From Schmidtea polychroa (lineage: Eukaryota), in contig CM097888.1 of the NCBI GenBank assembly GCA_044892525.1, positions 56,358,001 through 56,422,000 of the forward strand: a DNA stretch of 64,000 nt. The letters are read 5' to 3'. Made by a program: the position numbers and the translations under genes. Positions 58,215 through 64,000 of the stretch are shown here, piece after piece (within the stretch, counting starts at the first letter, position 1; each line of letters opens with the position of its first letter). The notes under the pieces were generated by a model. It was not told the origin of the DNA. It ran no database searches and saw only the letters and a program-made list of their open reading frames with translations.

Positions 58215-58870
58215 GTTCTTTTCTGAGCTCAATATGAGAGGATTCTTTCAGGAAATCAAATCTGGATTGAAGACCTTGAACCAAATTCATCTGCTCTTAA
58301 TATTTTCATTAAAAATATATTTTTAAAAATTTTCAGTGATCTTTTTTTTCTAAAAATTATCTAAAATAAAGTTAATATAGAAACGTATCTCAGTGATGCA
58401 TTTCTACGAATCAAAGGTTTGTATGTGTTGCGCTTGTGTGCAGTTTTTAATTTTTTTCCACTTTTCAGATTTCTATAATACACCAAATCCCGAAAGTTAA
58501 AAGTCTTTATAATATACGTTGGTGTGTTCATCAGTTGATGACTCACCATTTATGAGAATGTGAAGTTATTTACTTCATTTCATTTATTCAATTTGACAAG
58601 TTTTTTTTAATTTAAGTAACTTTTAAGGTTTGAATTTTGATTTTATATAATTATGAGATCATTATTCAAGCTCTTAAATGTTACTTGTAGTCAACATTTT
58701 GATTATAAATTAATTTTAATTAATTTTCAGGGTTTTTTAGGATTTTTATAACATTTTTTATGAATTTATTTGGAATTATTTCGATAAAATGTAAGTTAGA
58801 TATATTTTTAACTTAAAATAAATAAAGAAATCACCAAACACATTTATTTTTTAAGACAAAAAACTATGAC
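58215..58870 (+). repeat. Second copy of the intron-studded repeat family
   Basis: Co-linear similarity to 44860-45120 and 45290-45520 (for example TTCTGAGCTCAATATGAG, AATTCATCTGCTCTT, GATCATTATTCAAG). Confidence 0.75.
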
Positions 58871-59589
58871 GCTTCTTTCTTAATTAAGTTTTTGTAATCT
58901 TCTTTCCCCAGCTCATTTATATGGCGAATTTTGTCATTTTATGTAATTCTATGAAATTTTTTTTTATACAACTTATTAATATTTACGATTTTCGAATTTT
59001 TTTCTGTAAATCCAAAGATGTCGATGGACATTGTTGAAAATTAGAAATGCTACCTTCACACAAAGTCGTTTGACAAGAAATATCTGATATACCGTAAAAT
59101 ATTTTAATTATTTGTAATTAAATGAAAATATTCTTACATTGTCAATTCTTTACCTTCGCAAAAAGGTAGCGTTTCCAGAGAAATATCTAAAAATCTAAAG
59201 AAATTTTAACTTCAAAAATATTTTATAAATAGTTCTTACGATGTTTTGCCGTCCTTTTCTCGAAAGTTCAAAGTAGAGTTGCCCGATTCAAAATCTAAAA
59301 TTTTTTCCCCCATGAATTTTTAATATATTAAAAATAATGATATGTTAACAATATGTTAATTACTTTTAGCTTTCGGAATAAAAAAAGCTATAATAAATTT
59401 GCGTGTATTTTATATTATGTGTGCTGTGTTTGTATGTAAAATTATTTTTCTGTCACTTTCTCAATTCCTATAATAAAACTTTTAACTTTCGGAACATGAA
59501 ATTTTTGCACACAGGTAAGTTTGTGTGTTACTGTAGTATAATTTTATCGATTTTTTTAGATTATAGAAACTTTTATATTTCGGATTTAG

Positions 59590-59860
59590 GTGTATAAAAT
59601 GTATCTCACTGAACTATAAATGAGAACATCAGCGTAAAATCAAAGTAAGTATGTATGTTTCCATAATGTAAGATTATTGATTTTTTTGTTATATTATAGG
59701 AAACGGTTCTCAGTGGTGTTTGGTGTATAGTGTAAAATGTATCTCATTGCACTATAAATGAGAACAGCGTGAAATCAAAGTAAGTATGTATGCTTCTATA
59801 ATGAAAGATTATTGATATTTTTATATTATAGGAAACGTATCTCAGTGGTGTTTGGTGTAG
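59590..59860 (+). repeat. Tandem duplication (x2, about 135 bp) of an exon-intron-exon-like unit of the same family
   Basis: AAATGTATCTCA...AATCAAA|GTAAGTATG...TATTATAG|GAAACG...CTCAGTGGTGTTTGGTGTA occurs twice. Confidence 0.8.
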
Positions 59861-62800
59861 CGTTAATGTAAAAATATAAAAGAGGTAGGGAAATCAATTT
59901 GGCTAAAAAATATAGACAATTATATGTTTAAACAATGGTTAAATCTCGAAACAAGATGAAAAGATATTATACAATGTAATTGGAAACAATGATTTCATCG
60001 GTCTTTTGAATTCCTTATATCAAGTCGTCACATTTCTATGAAATACAGAAATTAACTTCGACTATATATCAGTTTATGCTAATAATATTACTGATTTCCT
60101 TTAATTCTATGTTAATTGCTGTGCATGTCGACTGCCATTTGTACCAAATGTTGATATAACTAGCATTCATGCTGTTTAATATTTGTGAAGTTGGCAGTTC
60201 TATCAACAAATTATATACATATTGTATAGCGCCTGATTTACTAATAAAATAATATTCCAACTCGCCTCGAATTGTGTTTAGACAAAATTTCGTCAAGTGC
60301 GCATTTTAATTAAAAAATAGTACGTTATAAAATCATTAATATAAATATCTGCAAAAATGTAAATCTAGAAAATAGTTACTCACTGGCAGATTTAATTTAA
60401 ACACTTATTGTTAATCCATTTAAATCCAAATTTATTTCTATTGAAATTTGTTCATTATTACAGCAGCACTGGACGGGCACAATAAATAAATGACGAGCTG
60501 ATATTTTTCTTATTGGATAGCAAGTTTGTTTAAAAATGCGTGTTTAAGAAAACTTAAGTCTAGACTAAACATAAAGAAATAAAAATTTAAAGTATATCCA
60601 AAACAATCAAACAAAAATCAAATAGTTTAATTTAAATAAGAAATTGAAATAAATATCATATAAAAATAAAATCGATTATTGTCTAAAAATAAATGTAAAA
60701 TTGTCTGTTAATTTTTTTATCACAAGAATCAATAAAATTGTTTTAAAAATATTATTTTAAAAAATCTTACGTAAAAAAAATTTACCTTAATTATATTCAG
60801 CTTGAATATTCGATTCGCATAAATCGTAGAATAATAATACTATTTTCATATAATAAATGTTGTTTCACATTCACTGGCAGCGAATGATTTGTCTATGATT
60901 GAATGCGATTGGTTGGAAATTGTTCACTTGAGAAAATTTCTAGACATCATGTATTCCTTTTCCATTACAGATTACGGGTCAATTTACATATTTCTTTTGA
61001 AATTTGTTATTGTGCAATCTCCTAATGAAACTTTTCCCGTTCCTAACTCGAGTCATCTTGATGATTTTCACAAACTAAGTGGTCTCAAATTGATTTCGTA
61101 GAAATGCAGTATTTATTTTGTCTTCATGTTTCCTTATTGTCACTTATTTGAGGGATTTTCAAAATTGTTGCCAGAGATTGAATAAGAATTTGATTAATCA
61201 TAATTATAAATCCTCACTTCTTTAATAAATGTTTAAAATTAGATATAACTTGTAGAAATGAGCAAAATAAATTTTTGAATTCAGCATAGGAAAGTGACAA
61301 AAACACGATTGAGATTGTTTTGATTTCATGAACAAACACTGAAATACAGTTAAGTGTTTATAAAGATGGTTTCGAAAGAATAAATTTGCCGGAAAACACT
61401 GAAAACGAGACATGGTCAAAATTAATGCATAATTAATGTCTCAACTATACCTTTTTCTTAGAATAAGTTAAGAAATAAATAATAAAACTCCATCACAAAA
61501 TATTTATTATATGACAATTAATATACACATTTGTATAATTTTCCTTTTTATTCAAACTCTTGGCAAGTTTGATGATGAGAATAAAATTCATTTATATAAG
61601 AAATGTGTGTTTCTGCCTTTATGGTGATAAAAAAAGAAACAAGTCTAATGGCATAACATTGAAGGATGTCGATTTAAAACATCAATCACAATAATTCGGC
61701 GATTTCAGTAACACAAACTTGAATACAGGTAAAAACCATCAATTATTTATAGTTAAAAATATTTAAGTATTCATAACAAATAATGATGACCAGTTGCATG
61801 GGGTAGATAAAAATGAAGGTTTAATCTATGGCCATTGTAAAGTGTGTAACATGATTCGGATAATTTCACGTTGGGTTATAACTAAATATATGCATCCACA
61901 TTTCCCGGATGAAGATTGGTTGAAATAAAATTTATTGTATAATTTTTTTTGATGTTTCTTTTAAAAATTTACCTTTTTACTTGTTTAATTGACATTTTTC
62001 TGTGAAGTGATTTTTGTACTATATCATTTAAGGTTTTCAATGAGTTTATAACCATTTTTATTAAGAGTTAACACAATTATTATTAATTTTATGATTATTA
62101 TTATTAGTGTATAATAATAATAATTATTATTATTATTACTTTGATTACACTATTCCCAAAATGAATCTGCAATAGGCCAAACATTGTGACAGTGCTTGAT
62201 TTATACATACGCATTTGAGGCATGCAGTCAAAACCACTTGGATAATTAAACACGCTCTTCATCTCTCCTTTAATTTATTTACAACATTCTTATCTAAACT
62301 ATGTCACGCGGATGTGATCCATTTTTTATCTGTTTATAGCAGATTTAATTTGGAAATGGTGTTTAAATTTTTACAGTCCATTTACAACCTATATATTATT
62401 ACATAGAGAAAGCTCTCCTTTATTTTGGTATTTAAAGTCTTTGAATTAGCAATGATTTTTAAAAAGTCGAATCGTATTAACGAGAAATTAAACAGAAAAT
62501 AGTTAAGGATCTAAGAAAAGTTTTGAATGATGACGGAGTTAGAATTAATGAAAATATTCTTGTATATAAAATACAATTCTCAGAGCAAAACAGAATTTAT
62601 TGCAGGTCTACAGAATTTAGAAATACGGATTTCCTTTAAAGATTTCATTAAAAAGTAAATAATTAATTTTTCATATATTATAGAATAGTGATAAAAAATC
62701 TTAATAACTTTAAAAAATATATTTGCATTTCATAAATACCAAACAATATAATATTAACAAAAGAAAATAATATTACATATTTATAATTTATGATATGACT

Positions 62801-64000
62801 TTCATTAGTAACATTATAAATGATTATAACTAATAAAGGAATGATTGTAGTATAAACTGATAAATATAAATAAATTGGTCTTAAATAATTTATTTAAATA
62901 TTTATCATTTTATATTTTTCAAAGTTATGGGTTGTTTTTATTCTGGGAAATTGTTTCTGGTCTTTTATCGAAATGGAGACTTGTGAAACTGGTCTGAGAT
63001 TGCTGTGCAGACGGATTCGAATCATTGAATTTATTTTTCTAAATAATTCATTCATAAAATATTATTATTTAAAAATTATCCTATATAGATTTGTNNNNNN
63101 NNNNNNNNNNNNNNNNNNNNNNNNNNNNNNNNNNNNNNNNNNNNNNNNNNNNNNNNNNNNNNNNNNNNNNNNNNNNNNNNNNNNNNNNNNNNNNNNNNNN
63201 NNNNNNNNNNNNNNNNNNNNNNNNATTCGAATGACAAATTTTTTAAATAAATTCAAAACCAAAGAATTTTAATATATATTTTTATTATAAAAGTGAGGAG
63301 TAGCTAAACATGCAATGATAGAAAAATACTTTCATGAATTTGCGCAAAATAATTAAAACGTTTGATTAAATTGAGTTTATACAAACAAAGCTTTGAAGTA
63401 TAGTTTAGTAAAACAGAGAAATTATCTTTACTTTGAAGTTTTAAATTACGTAATAACTAAATACTCTTCTACAGGTTTAGAATAATAATGATTATTATAT
63501 AGTTTTCTTATGCCTAGGGCATTATTAATATTTATAATAATAAGCTAGATATCTAGGTCAAAGAAATTTCATAGGTACAGCAGTAAAGTTTCCATATGCT
63601 TTGTGAAGAAAAATTGCATGTTTAAATTTCGGCCAAAATTATGTAGATGTGAGACTTTAAACAAAATATAAATCTTACAGAAATCTAATATCATACGCAA
63701 TTTTATAACGCAGCGAATACATTGTTATACATATATTGGTTAANNNNNNNNNNNNNNNNNNNNNNNNNNNNNNNNNNNNNNNNNNNNNNNNNNNNNNNNN
63801 NNNNNNNNNNNNNNNNNNNNNNNNNNNNNNNNNNNNNNNNNNNNNNNNNNNNNNNNNNNNNNNNNNNNNNNNNNNNNNNNNNNNNNNTATCTTCTTCAAT
63901 TGATAATAAATCTAAAATAAATTACATTATAAAATACAAAATGTCACATAAATATTATATAAAAACATTTTTTTATTTATTTCAGTAATAGCTCCACATT

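Noticed and set aside
61560-61925. Exon-like open stretch (…ITNNDDQLHGVDKNEGLIYGHCKVCNMIRIISRW…DWLK*) with an upstream GT donor
   Set aside because: Joining needs a 39-nt intron, the upstream frame has in-frame stops, and no family is recognisable. RNA-seq would be needed.
62510-62610. ENILVYKIQF resembling a GIY-YIG endonuclease start
   Set aside because: The second YIG motif is not recognisable; the similarity is too short.

Overview
A very AT-rich eukaryotic (animal) genomic window from a gapped draft assembly with nine N-runs. Composition, short GT-AG introns and TE content suggest a planarian-like flatworm such as Schmidtea; this is inference and not verifiable here. Four host genes are supportable: an intronless IQCG/DRC9-like axonemal protein (844-2046 +), a small secreted His/Pro/Tyr-rich protein (3253-3708 -), an 8-exon bestrophin that I reconstructed by hand (7962-28740 +, 404 aa), and an intronless atypical DIRAS/Rhes-like GTPase (36705-37535 -). 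The rest is mostly mobile DNA. A very young, ultra-compact Ty3/Gypsy element (15312-19888) has identical 233-bp LTRs with TA...TA ends, a 5-bp TSD, a tRNA-Leu PBS and a candidate -1 frameshift signal. There is also a decayed second Gypsy, remnants of piggyBac, MULE, hAT, Tigger, mariner, Helitron and Penelope elements, and several MITEs. The most unusual signals are two families of minimal type I hammerhead-ribozyme motifs. One is a tandem pair 281 nt apart flanking a hairpin-rich spacer in bestrophin intron 5 (retrozyme-like). The other is a dispersed family whose best copy has a covarying U3-A8 core, an extra A and a 4-nt palindromic stem III. All identities and counts are by hand; no database searches were run.
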